Shown here in pieces: positions 1-11,908 of a stretch of DNA of 64,000 bases (the stretch's first letter is position 1; the number at the start of each line of letters is the position of its first letter). The position numbers were made by a program, and so were the translations under genes. The notes beneath the pieces are model-generated. The model did no database searches, was not told the origin of the DNA, and saw nothing but the letters and a program-made list of their open reading frames with translations. The stretch is from Saccostrea echinata (taxonomy: Eukaryota): assembly GCF_033153115.1 (NCBI RefSeq), contig NW_026889778.1, positions 8,184,001 through 8,248,000 of the forward strand, given 5' to 3'.

Positions 1-319
1 ATATTTGCATTTGTTATAACATGTATAAAGAGTGTTGAACTCTTGGACATTTATAATAACCATCCTCACAAGCCAGGGGTCCTCAGGACCCTGGCTTGCG
101 AGGATGTTATAATACCATAAAAATACATTATCTGTGATATTTTTAACGATTGGCATAAAATTACGTTAAATGTGATTAAAATTCAGTGTCTATGGTAAAA
201 TGACTTCATATCCCAAAAGTAGGTAAGTGTCACTTTTACTCATTATCGTCACTGACAAGTAATCTGTCTTCTACAAGATGTGAGTATATCGAGAGGGGAT
301 TTATAGGTCGGGGATGAGG

Positions 320-540
320 TACTGTAAATCACTTTTTATTCGCGAGAACTTTATTTTCGCGTAATTACGCGAGACAGTACTAGTGTGCTTGAAAAAAAAA
401 AATCATTCTCGTGTATATTAGTATTCCTAAAGATTATATAGAGCAATAACCAATATTCTTGAATATTCTGTCTCACTAGTGGAGAGTCAATGGCTTTCTC
501 GCGAAAATTAAGTGTCCCGAAAATTTAGTGCTCTACAGTA
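320..540. mobile_element. MITE with TACTGTA...TACAGTA termini
   Basis: Imperfect terminal inverted repeats TACTGTAAATCACT / AGTGCTCTACAGTA with TA ends. Confidence 0.6.
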
Positions 541-670
541 TTTAGTATTTTACATTTTAAACTCATATTGCCTAACCCTGTTTTTGTTAACGTCTCTCTA
601 TTCCCTTAAGCTTCTTTATAACCTCTTTTGACAGCATTGGGAGATAATCTCAATAGGGGTTACATGTCAC

Positions 671-3289
671 CTTAAGTGCTCGGCCATTAATATCGGCTCC
701 TCTTCGGATGAGAGCTTCTATCAGCTGATTTCTATCTACGGGGTCATTCCGCATTATAGCCTGGTGTAATGGGTACAAGCCATTCTGAAATAGTCAACAG
801 TTGAGTTGTTATTCGTCTCATTGTTTGAAGATTTTTCTTTTAACAAAGACGGCAAATTAAAACCGTTTCAATTCTGTGGTGCATTTTTAATGAGAGGTCT
901 GCAGTTATTATATCTTCACGTAATCCAATAATCACGTAATAGATTTTGTACATTTAACCAGATTTCTAGAATTATGAACGAATGAAGTTTTTTTTTATTA
1001 CATCTATATCTATAACTCAATTGTGATGGTATTAACTTGATTTCATATTTACATTAGTATATAAAATATGTAAATGTTTGTTGATTATTCAATAAAAGGT
1101 GAATTAAGAAAATGTTGTTTGATTATCGTCATAAGTAAACTTGAATCGTGTATGAAGTACTTACTGCGTTTCTGATGTTAACATTCGCATCAGGATCGTT
1201 GATAAGTTCATCTAAACCGTCATGTTCCTTCCTTCGATCTTTCACCGAGGCCTTGATATTAGGAATAATTAAATGATTAATTAATTTAAAAAATGCATAA
1301 TTACACTTTTGATATGGATACTGCCATTGAAATTGTTAGCACAGCATTCACTTATTATACCTGTATAAACTGCTCATAATACTGTTAATACTAAGATACA
1401 TAGTATCATTGTAACATATAATATTATGCTTTATTTATAGTTTATAAATCTGAATCAACAAGAATATGTTTTAAAAAAGTAAGTTAATGACATTTAATGA
1501 TTTGTTTATATATTTAACTATTTTGTTTTTCCTGAATAAAGTATCCTGGAGAATATTGTATTTTCAGTCATTTATGCTCACATGTATTATGAAGAAATGG
1601 AATATTATAACCGTACCTACAGATCCCATTTTCCATCCATTACCGTGTAAAAAAGTTCTTTGATCATCATGTTAGAAATTTAAGTGAATGAGACTTTTAC
1701 CTCATCAAAGGATTGTGTTCTCCCTCTTTCTTCTATCTCTCTCGGTTCCTTTAATTATATAAAGAAAAGTAAATTACTTAATGCGAATCTTTAGGTTTAT
1801 TTAAAATTGTATTATGACGGATTAATTAAGATTTGAATGAAAATAGTTGTTACATGTAAAAGGGGTTACTTTTCGTGCTTATTTGTAACGAGAAGAAAAT
1901 TTAATGATAAACGTCTTTCTGACCATTAGCAACCTAACTCAACATTAATTTTTTTTAGACTTGAGACGGATCTTCGCCTTTCAAAATAAGAACAAATCAT
2001 CACGATAGATTAAGTTGAACACTTCCTTTTCTCTTTTGGAAAATTAACTTTAGGACATACCGCTTTCCTGGCAGTCAGTGGAGTCTTCTTCTCTGGTTTC
2101 TTGCAACGACGATTAAAGTAATTAATCATACAAAATCCATTTATTTCATGGCAATAAATAATAACACATTATGAAATAAATGAAAAGTATCTTTCTAAAG
2201 CATTTCATTTATCTACATCTTCATGCCCATAGTACAATGTCTGTCCATTATCCAAATGTTTGAGAAAATGAATCAGCAAATCATAACAAATATGCTATCA
2301 TTATTTAGGTGAAACATTCCTTGTATACAAAGGTTTACATTTCCTCTTTAAATTTTTGTTAATTGTGTTTAACTAATTTAAGTGATATGATTTGACCACA
2401 ATAAATGCTCGTGCTTCATCATGAATTATAATTCTATGATTTTAAATCATCGAACACATCATTTAATGTGGAATACATCTGTGAAATAAAGTGAATTTGT
2501 CTTTCAAAAATATTATAAAATCACACACGGGATATTATGCTTGTTACTGAGTACGGAGTATATGGACACATGCACAGCATAAAGTTGTGTAATACAATTA
2601 CCGTATTCTTCTTTTCTACAAAATGCAACTTGATATTTCAAATAAAAGAGAAAATTGAAAAATTCGATATTGATAAAGGTAAAATGCAAACTGTATTTTT
2701 TCCCAGTCGATAAATGACTACTTTGATGATTACAAATCTATGTTTGATTACAATCTTTTTCATTAACACAATATAGTAAAAATAATTTCTATGACAAAGT
2801 CTGTTAAATGCTACATATGCACAAGATATTCTACAATGTTTCCATAGATTGTACCTTGTCATAAAACAAGCACCACTAATTTGGTGGGGGTTTGAAAATA
2901 GAATATTTGGCCGGTTGTCTGCTTTTATTCAAATTACAATGTTACATAAATGGGTATATATTTATCTCAAGATCATTCACATTGACAGTACAAAATACTA
3001 CTTCAAAGCATTGACGTTTCAAATATGCCTTACTGTGGTTTTCTTGTTACTTTAAAGCTAGCTTTTTTCAAATTTAATTTGAGAGGCGCACAAGCTTTCT
3101 TCCCACTAAAGATAGTGTACTGTAGTTTCATTATTTTTCGGTAAATAATTCTTTGTCCCCCGCTTTCACTGAAAGTGGGGGATATTAATCTGGTTCTCTC
3201 CGTCCGTCTATAGTTGCCTGTATGTCATCCTGTCTGTCTGTACATGTAACACTCGTTTCGAACGGTATCTCAAAAGCCTGGAGCTTTTT

Positions 3290-3335
<46 letters not shown>

Positions 3336-6300
3336 TATCCAACTGCCTATGGCCTATAAAAGACCCCTTTTGATTTTGAGATCAATAGGTCGAAGGACAA
3401 GGTCAGAAATTCATATACTGCATACATAGTTTGCAGGTGATAACTTAAGTTTTCTGTAAGCATTGCTTTAAAACTCTCTTGACATTAAGGCCTCAGTGGT
3501 TTAGGTCAATCTTTTTTCGTTCTTTTCTTCTCATTTTGGGTTTTCCGTGCTCTTCTTTTCACCTTAACCGGGGGGCACAGTTCCGTTATGGGGTCTATGG
3601 CACTCCAAATTCACAAAAAATGATCTAAAAACAGTTTTACGCTTCATAAACTAGGTTTATCAATTGTAAACTGTAGCTTAGGAAGCGAGAACTACAGTTA
3701 ACACATTGTACATGTTCATTAAAATTTTCATCTGGAAAACTATATTTGACATTGTGAACTATTGCTTACGAACGTAGAACCACGGTTATAAGCCTGCAAA
3801 TATTTGTACATGATAGTTTTTGCTAATAAATATCAATTACCGGTATCACTTGTAAACTATAATTAGCATAAGATAACCATAGTAATGAGTTAATAATCGT
3901 AGATTCACAAATCGTGAAACTATGTTGATCAGATAAACTATGTTTTCGTTAACTGCAGCTTAGAGTTGTTAATCATAGTTTACTAATCGTGAAACTGTAT
4001 AAATCAGATAAACGTTTTTGCTTCGTAAACTATAGTTTACATTTAATAAACCTACATGAAATATGGAGATAACGAACAGAATTCAAGCTAAAAGTCCATT
4101 TAAACAATACAATCGGAAGCAGAGCAAATACGGACCTCAATACATCAGAGGTGGGATCAGGTGCATGGAGGAGCGAGCATCCCCTGCTGACCGATCACAT
4201 CCGCCATGTGCTCCTTGTCATGAGTGGGAAAAGCGGGGAAAATCCGTAGACAATTCAGTGTGTAAATAATGGCCTAACAATAAGTATGAAAAACGTCAGT
4301 CAGCATTTGACTTAATGATAGGTTGTATTTGCTGACAAGGTCATTGTATCGACCATAAAACTTGCCAAATGACTTCAAACGAGACTGTTGGTATACTTGT
4401 TTCATCAACTTGTTTGTCAATAGCTTGCCTCTGTTTAGAAACTGTTCATACGTAGAGCATGCTCTTGCGTATCGAATCAACTGGGAGACAAAAACCCCAC
4501 ATGGAGGTGATAAGGGTATATTGCTACATAAGTAGGGGAAGTTGACGATTGAAAAAAATGAAGTCGTCACACATTTCATAAAGCTTTGTTGTTAGGTTAT
4601 CATTAACGCTTTTTCCAGTAAAATATCCAAATATGAAACAGATGTGTCAGACTCTGTGGTATCTTTTATTTCAAGCTCACTGGGATATATCGAGTCGACA
4701 TATGAATGAAAGTAGCTATTGTTAATTTATAATGCGTCGTCGTTATATCAAAATGTCGAGTTGAATGCCACAGCAAGTGTTTCCTTCTTCTCATGTAGAA
4801 GTTTTTGAATAAATTCTGCTTCATTTGAAAACATCAACTGTAAAGTATGTTTAGCTCATTTTTGTGAATTTGGCGTGCCTTAGTGGTCAGCAAACCAAAC
4901 ATTTTACGACTGATAAGCAAGACGAGGTATTTGTAAAATAACGTATATATATATATCACAGAACTTTTTTTTTTGTTCTGTTGTTTTGTTTTGCCCCAAA
5001 ACATGGGATTTGGTCCCCAACAAAATTTAATAGAAACCACATTATAGTGTTATCGATATCTATTATTATCTGTAAAATAGCTATCGGAGAGTATGTAATT
5101 TTAATTGCTTTTTCACACACAACTTGAAAGGAAGAGGTCAATGAAAAGTCTGTCTTTCGGATTTTAACGCCAAATTTATATTAATATATTTAGATGGTAG
5201 ATTGATGTTGATCTTCACTTTAGACGACAGGACTTGGACCTGTTCAATAGCTTGATATTGTAGACTGTTTTTAACAAAATACAAAGAAAAATACATTTTG
5301 TTGAAGATTTTATTCAAATGTGATAAAATATTCATTTTTAGTGATGATAACTGTACAACTATCATTATTCGTAAAAAAAAAATATATGGTATAATACTAA
5401 CATTGCCTAATATAGTTTATAATGTTTAGATTAAGTCCATGCTTATTATTCCATAGCTATGAAAAGATATCAATAAAGAGATAAATGTTAGGTGCGCAAA
5501 AAAATGAGATATACTGAGTATATATTTTTATGCATCAGCTATTCTTCCTTCCGGTTAATGATTTTTCTACAATGTCACCATCTGTCTTTTCTACGTGTGT
5601 TAGGGAAGGCTGCTCGAGGGTCTTGACCTTGAATAAAAGTACGAAATCAAGGTCAGATTAAAATAGAAAATGAATTTAGAATTTTGTATCGAAAGCGATG
5701 TACCAATCGAAAAGAAGTTAAGGAAGGATATTTATTTAAAGATGTACTTTTTCATATTAAATCATAGCACTTTAAAATCATAGAAATTTCCAAACTGCGC
5801 TATCTATCTCTTTAATCAGAAGTTTTATACAGTGTCATTTTAGCGGATATATGAATTTATTAAATGTTGAAATATGGCGTTAAAATCCAACAGAAAAAAA
5901 ACCCCTTCATTACTTTATAAGTCAGAAAAGCAGGAAAGAGTGTGAGGAAAATGCTTCCCAATTCAAAATTTTCAAGCTTTTATTTTCCGTTTGTTGTGTC
6001 AATAAATTATTATATTTGTGATCTAATAAGAGATGAGCTATATTACCGTTATCTTCACCCCTGTATTCCTTTAATAATGTCATCATCTTCTCGTCATTGT
6101 TACTCTCGGCGTAATCGTACGGCGTCTTCAAATCCTGTATAGAACATAGTCAAAGTTATTTACATTCTCAAGTGTTATTGATACTACACAAAACAAGGGT
6201 TTGTCAAAAAACACATCCTGTATCCTAGTACAAAATTAATTTCTCTTTGCATGAGAATAGGACAACTTTTGTGTGCGTATTTCAACATTTCGATGCATTT

Positions 6301-8622
6301 ATTGAAAAATTCAATGACGAATAAACAATCTGAATCATGCATTTCTTAGGTCAGCGAAGCATACCCTTTGGCTTATTCAAGATATTTCAAATTTCTTTAG
6401 ATATAGTGAAGTCTTACATACATCGTTTTGTGGTCGTCTTTCAGCTTTGTGGTTCAGCAGGATCTTTGCTATTTTATGTTGTTTTCGTATGGATGCCATA
6501 TGTAGAGGCGTGTTCCCTGCCTGTTAGAAATGCTTATTACTGATACGTTATTCTAATGTCACTCTAATATCAAAAAATACAACTCAAAGTTTAAAGTAAA
6601 ACTTGATGGCCAAACATACCTTAAGTAGAAGCTTTCCTTGCATTCTCTGAAATATACATTATATTTTTTAAGTCTTCAAAAAGATATATTTACAACTTAT
6701 TCATGTCATTTAATAAGTTGGAGTTCTTGTCATTAACTACATGTGTATTGACTTGAAACTACTCAGTGCCACGTGCTGTTTTAAATATACTTAACTTGAT
6801 GAATGAATTTATATTTTACTCTTTTACTTCTTACTGGTATTGCTTTAGCGTTGATATCAGCACCTCGACTGATCAGACGTTTAACAAGTGTCTCCCGAAT
6901 TAATGGATCGTCCTTCATGATTGCAACGTGAAGGGGAAACAAGCCACTCTATAAAATAGCAAACTAGATAATTAACTAAATCTGACAAGCTGTAAGTGTT
7001 CAGTATTGTAATTAATATAAATTGGTTTGTGTTATACATAATCTCAGGCAAGGAATAATGAAGTCAGAGCTTTAAAGCAAAATCAAATAGCAAAGATTCT
7101 GATTTAACTTAGACATTGCAGATGTATACTGCTTCCAGTTAAACTGAGGGGCATTCGAAGCGTATGAGCATGTTATTCAACTCTTGAATTTTTGAGAAGT
7201 ACTGGGTGCTAAAATAACCGTGTATAATTATATGACTTGATTTATGTAGAAGTTTTAGTTGGAGAAATGTGCCATAAATTTAATGTGTATTCTTTGTTTA
7301 AATTACTTCGACAAAAAGGAAATGAATATAAAATAAAATTGAAATTTTGATTTTATCAATAAATAGAAAACAATTACATCAATTCCAAATTACAAAACTA
7401 CTATTTCAAAGTCGCGTTTCGTCGTTTAAGAAAATTCCCTACAAAGCGCCCATTCTCTCAGCGTTTTGCTACGCAGTACAGTTAAGGTGACAAATGGAAA
7501 TATCGGCGATTTTTTTAGATAGAAAATACATACCTTACAAGGATGGGGGCTTATTTTTAGGACTTTACTATTATCGGACAAATGTAATGTGATTGAAAAC
7601 TACATGTTGAGGACGATTAGATTTCTTATTTAGACTTGTCACGTGATGTGGCAGTCATGTGATTTTAGCAAATATATCTGCAGTATTGAGGTCATCTATA
7701 AATTCCAATATTGCAAGGGCATAACCAAGCTATAAAATCTAAGTTTAATTTATAATTATTTTCAACAAATTTTGCAGTTTGTAAAAAATGGTGAGAACCT
7801 ATATAGATTCTACTATCTAACTGCTAAAATTACATTTGTTAGACGGTATGCTGAAAATTTTGCTGGTCAAGTACATTTATAGACATAATTAATTCATTTG
7901 CAAGATTTCATCAGGTTCGCAGCAGTTTTCAAATATCTTCATATCTCTTGAGTTTATGTGTAAAAGATTGTCATAATTCATTGAGGGTATGCCCTTGCAA
8001 TACATCGATTTATTCCGACCCTTCTATTACCCTTCAATGAATCTGCATACAAATATACGGCACTTATCGCTTGTCTAGGGAATGTACGGGAAGTATATGA
8101 ATAAAATCATAAAATATACATCCCATCCAAGTTAATGGCCTTTTTTATAGCTGCAAATAATATTTTATTTAATTACAAAATACATTTTTCATTGTATAAA
8201 AAATAACTTGATCCGCCTCTCACTGCATACAAACTGCGTCAAATTTTCCGATATGACGTCACATTGACAAGTACATTGCGATCAGTGAATTGTTAATATA
8301 TTGCTGTGAGGGATTTAACCAACGACAAAAATACATGTAATAGTAAGTATTGATGTCGTTTAAAGCTATCGAACAGTTTAAAAAAACAAATCATTTCATT
8401 CTGTGGTAATTTGAAGAACTTGTATTTTTGTGTGATGTCATAGTAAGCATTTCCCGTATAAATTAGGCCCCGCCTCCTTATTGTAGCCTTAACTGTGCTG
8501 CGTATTCTTTCCGATGTTGTTTTTGAACCAGGAAGTAGTGAGGAGAGTGTTACCGAGTTTTGGACATTCACGTTGGCCTCTGGGTCCCGCAATAATTCAT
8601 CAAGCTCGTCAACTGGCTCAGT
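671..8622 (-). CDS. Second and third copies of the 4-exon ankyrin module (long isoform of the upstream gene, or a tandem paralogue); continues off the left edge
   Basis: Module 2 exons: 8554-8622 (TEPVDELDELLRDPEANVNVQNS), 6835-6948 (SGLFPLHVAIMKDD...GADINAKAIP), 6422-6520 (AGNTPLHMAS...QND), 6047-6134 (DLKTPYDYAESN...; phase-1 donor), with a possible microexon at 6620-6646. Linker exons: 2602-2615, 2061-2099, 1701-1748. Module 3 exons: 1165-1251 (...DGLDELINDPDANVNIRNA), 671-784 (NGLYPLHQAIMRND...GADINGRALK). The 114-nt and 99-nt exon lengths match module 1. Confidence 0.8.
4057..4832 (-). mobile_element. Truncated, degenerate Penelope-like retroelement (RT C-terminus and 3' end) in an ankyrin-gene intron
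   Basis: Minus strand reads AFNSTF*YNDD (decayed FRYIDD), then SIYPSELEIKDTTES...SYLDILL, then FSIVNFPYLCSNIP...GVFVSQLIRYARACS...FYGRYNDLV. It has frameshifts and a stop. The same 3' end recurs at 44250-44350 and 55680-55797. Confidence 0.75.
7482..8349. mobile_element. Partial DNA transposon relic (TTAA terminus): long arm plus central segment
   Basis: 7482-8060 is the reverse complement of 58330-58880, while 8076-8349 matches 58049-58320 in direct orientation. Begins TTAAGGTGACAAATGG. Confidence 0.7.
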
Positions 8623-9062
8623 CTGTGATAAAAAGACAGAATTGTTTACCTCAATCATTTTATAGAGATACAGTTTTAGCAATTTGGTGTTTGACAGTAT
8701 TATCTATTTGTTCATATTTCGAAAAGAATTATTGAACAGTTAAAGTTCATGTAATTATATGTAGAAAATCAAACTAATCTTGAAATATAATTTGACTTGC
8801 GCATTTTACTATAAAGGATAAAAAATATTTAAAAACAGAGAGAAAAAAATGATCGAAAAAAGGAAAAAAAATATAGTGAGTGTCATCTTGTACAACAGAA
8901 AACAAACCTTATTTTGTACCTTTTGTGGATTTATTTGAGAGAAAGTATACTTCGTCCTAACTCAATATACCTCTCAAATAAACTAAGATTGTTCTAAAAG
9001 TTTCTCTTACAAAAATCAAAAGGAAGAAGATAATCATACTGCTTTTTATGCTGCATTCCGTT

Positions 9063-9925
9063 AATTGTCCCCTGCTTTCACTGAAAGAAGGGGATATTAA
9101 TTTGGATCTGTCCATCTGCCTGCCCTTCTGTATGTGTGTAAAAGTTTCGTTTCTCAAAAAGACTAAGAGCTTTTGCAATGAAACTTTTCATTATAACTCC
9201 CTATGGCCTATGCAAGTCCCATATTTATTTTGAAGTAAAAAGGTCAATAGTCAAGTATTCATGTATTGAAAAAATAGATTCCAGATGATAACTTTAGTTT
9301 TCGTAGAGCTTTTTCAATGAAATTTTATATCATAAATCCAGTGACTTAAAAAAACCTATTGGATTTGAGTTCAAAAGGTCAAGGTCAGATAATTACACAT
9401 TGCAAATATGGTTTCTGGATAATAAAGTTCTCTTTGAGCCTTTTTAGTGAAATTTTATATCTTCTTTCAAAGTGGGGTATATTAATTTTGGTCTGCCAAT
9501 CCATATATCCTTCTGTCTGTGTCACACTTTCGTTCGCGGATGATATTTCAGAGAGCCTTTGAGATTTTGCAATGAAATTTTATATCATAACTCCCTTTGA
9601 CTTAAAAACATCCTTATTGATTTCAAGGTCAAAAGTTGAAGGCCAGAAATTCATATATTACAAAAAATGATCTCCTTATCATAAATTTACCGGTAGGTTT
9701 TGCAATGAAAATGAAATTCTATGACATTAGTCGATATGACTTACAGAAGACCCCTATTGAATTTGAGGTCAACAGATTTTGACCAAGGTCAGAAAATCAT
9801 ATATTGCATACATATTTTTAATGTAAGCTTTAGTTTTCTATATGCTTTTGCAATGAAGCTTAATGAGTATCCTTTAATTAAGGCAGACCCCTATTCACTT
9901 TAAGGCCAGAAGCTGAAAGGTTAAG
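9063..9925 (+). mobile_element. Degenerate HINE-like repeat (related copy at ~3153-3510)
   Basis: TGTCCCCTGCTTTCACTGAAAGAAGGGGATATTAAT start shared with 3154-3190, followed by CTGTCC microsatellite-like DNA and degenerate tandem units (TTTTGCAATGAAA, GGTCAAGGTCAGA). Confidence 0.6.
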
Positions 9926-11908
9926 GTTGTACGTGTTTCTTTCTTCATCGTAATTTTCTTTAGGTCTTCCACTCTTTTTTCCATTAAGCGGGGTACATAA
10001 ATTCCCTGAATTAAATTGTTCATATTGGATCTCCTTTCAAAGAAAATATATAATTCGTAATTTTCTTCACGAAGCCTTTGCAAAGAAATATATGCCAAAA
10101 GTACCTAAACTTCACGCAAAAATGAGCAGCTTTTTTACATTTTAAATTCAAACGAGGCACATTTGGCCCTTTACATACACACAATTTCTTTTTCAACAAA
10201 ACATATTGTGAATCTACAGTAAGTCATGGTTAAGAGATGGAAAGTTCATTGCTATGCGTTACTTTGATGACTTTTTATCGCCCCACTTCGACTTGAACTA
10301 CCCTCAGTGTATTCTTTACAGAGTGTGTTGGCATATGGAGTTGACAAATTGTAATAGTATTACTCTTCTGATTATTTTAAAGGTTTTTATTAATACTTCT
10401 TTGTGCAACTTCCATCAAAAAAGTTTACTATTATGATTGATAATTATAATTTACTTTACTTCAAACTTTAATACTTGATACTCTAATTTGACTAATATGA
10501 TGCTTTGAAATAAAACTTTAACTTTGATTAGCATGCAAATTTGATATTTTACAATGATATGTTTATTTAATTTGAATTTAGAATTTGTTTTTCAGAGAAT
10601 TTATATCTCTCTAGAAATTTTATTTTAATATCAAAGCAATATTTTTTTTTATTTGATAGAAAAGAGAATTGGAATGAAATATATTAATTTGAATTTCATA
10701 TAAGGAATGCACAGCTTTACTATATTAAGAATCAATTAACTATCATAACTATATTTTCGTCAAATCTTGTCTTAGAGTCCAAACCAGACTTGCATATTTG
10801 ACTATATGAATATCATACTAGTATATTAGCACCGGGAAATTTTTTACCAACGAACCTAAATTGACAAAAAATATTTTAGTTTTTAAATAAATACATGTAT
10901 TGCCTTCTTTAGTAGATTGCAAGTAAACATGCACACTTAATTATTATCGTTTTTTTTAAATTATCTCAAATGATTCTTATTTGAATTCGCAAAAACCTAT
11001 TTTGTTCCAAATTTGGTTAAAATGGTTCAGGAGTTTTGGAGAAGATGATGAAAACATATATACATGCACACATACGTTGGATAAAAAGCGTACTTGAACC
11101 TCCGATTCAGATTAGCCAAAAGGTAGAGGGTGTTATATTTATGACCCACTCTGAAAAACCAGTCTTACGAGCGAAGAAAGGACTTCTTAGGGAAAGGAAC
11201 TTATCAACAATACTCTGGATATTAAACAAAACAATCCAAGCTCAATCTTACCTCAGTGACCTTTTTGAAGTTGAAAACAAGAAAAAAGTTATTAACTTCC
11301 CCAAGGTGAAGTTAGTAGTGCGCAATAAAATAAGGGTATGTGTTTCTCAAAGAATCTTTTTTCTACCTCGCTTTACAAGTTATTTTTTGAAATTGTATAT
11401 TCAAGTAATAGTGTGATTAAATACAATACCACACAAAACATAAATACCTGGTATGGATCATCTCCTGACAAAATAACCAGAGTATTAAAAGCCAGTTGTA
11501 AAATATGAAAATAATTTATTGCATTATATCACAGACATATCAATAATTTAACGAGAATACATGTACATTTACAAAACATTGAAAGACAAAATAGATTCTA
11601 TAGTTATGAGCTTGTACAACTGTTACAGAAGATGATTGCGGTGCCCATACCATTACAACATTAAGTGTAACACATCACACTTAGAAGTTTGGATATCAAA
11701 TTAAGGTGTAGGATACACACATAAATATGTTGTGCTAACCAAAGAGTTTATATTGTTAGAAAGAAAATATCCTGAAATCATGTTTCATTTATCACATAAA
11801 GTAAGGATTATGAAAGAACACTGGTGTAAATGCCTCAACGATGCCTCAAGTTAATAATAATTGATTGTGACGTCACAGAAAAGGTCACGCATGTGCAGAA
11901 TGTCTCTG

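Noticed and set aside
4745-4755. In-frame TGA in the RT as a selenocysteine codon
   Set aside because: It sits at the Arg of FRYIDD and is most simply a CGA-to-TGA CpG decay in a copy that is also frameshifted.
5535-5627. Additional ankyrin-locus exon (GQDPRAAFPNTRRKDRW* or another frame)
   Set aside because: It looks exon-like, but frame and donor are ambiguous, so it was left out of the model.
11036-11416. 126-aa plus-strand ORF and the other short ORFs of the track in introns and repeats
   Set aside because: No recognisable motifs, and several have non-ATG starts. They lie in AT-rich or repeat-derived DNA and have no splice or paralogue support.
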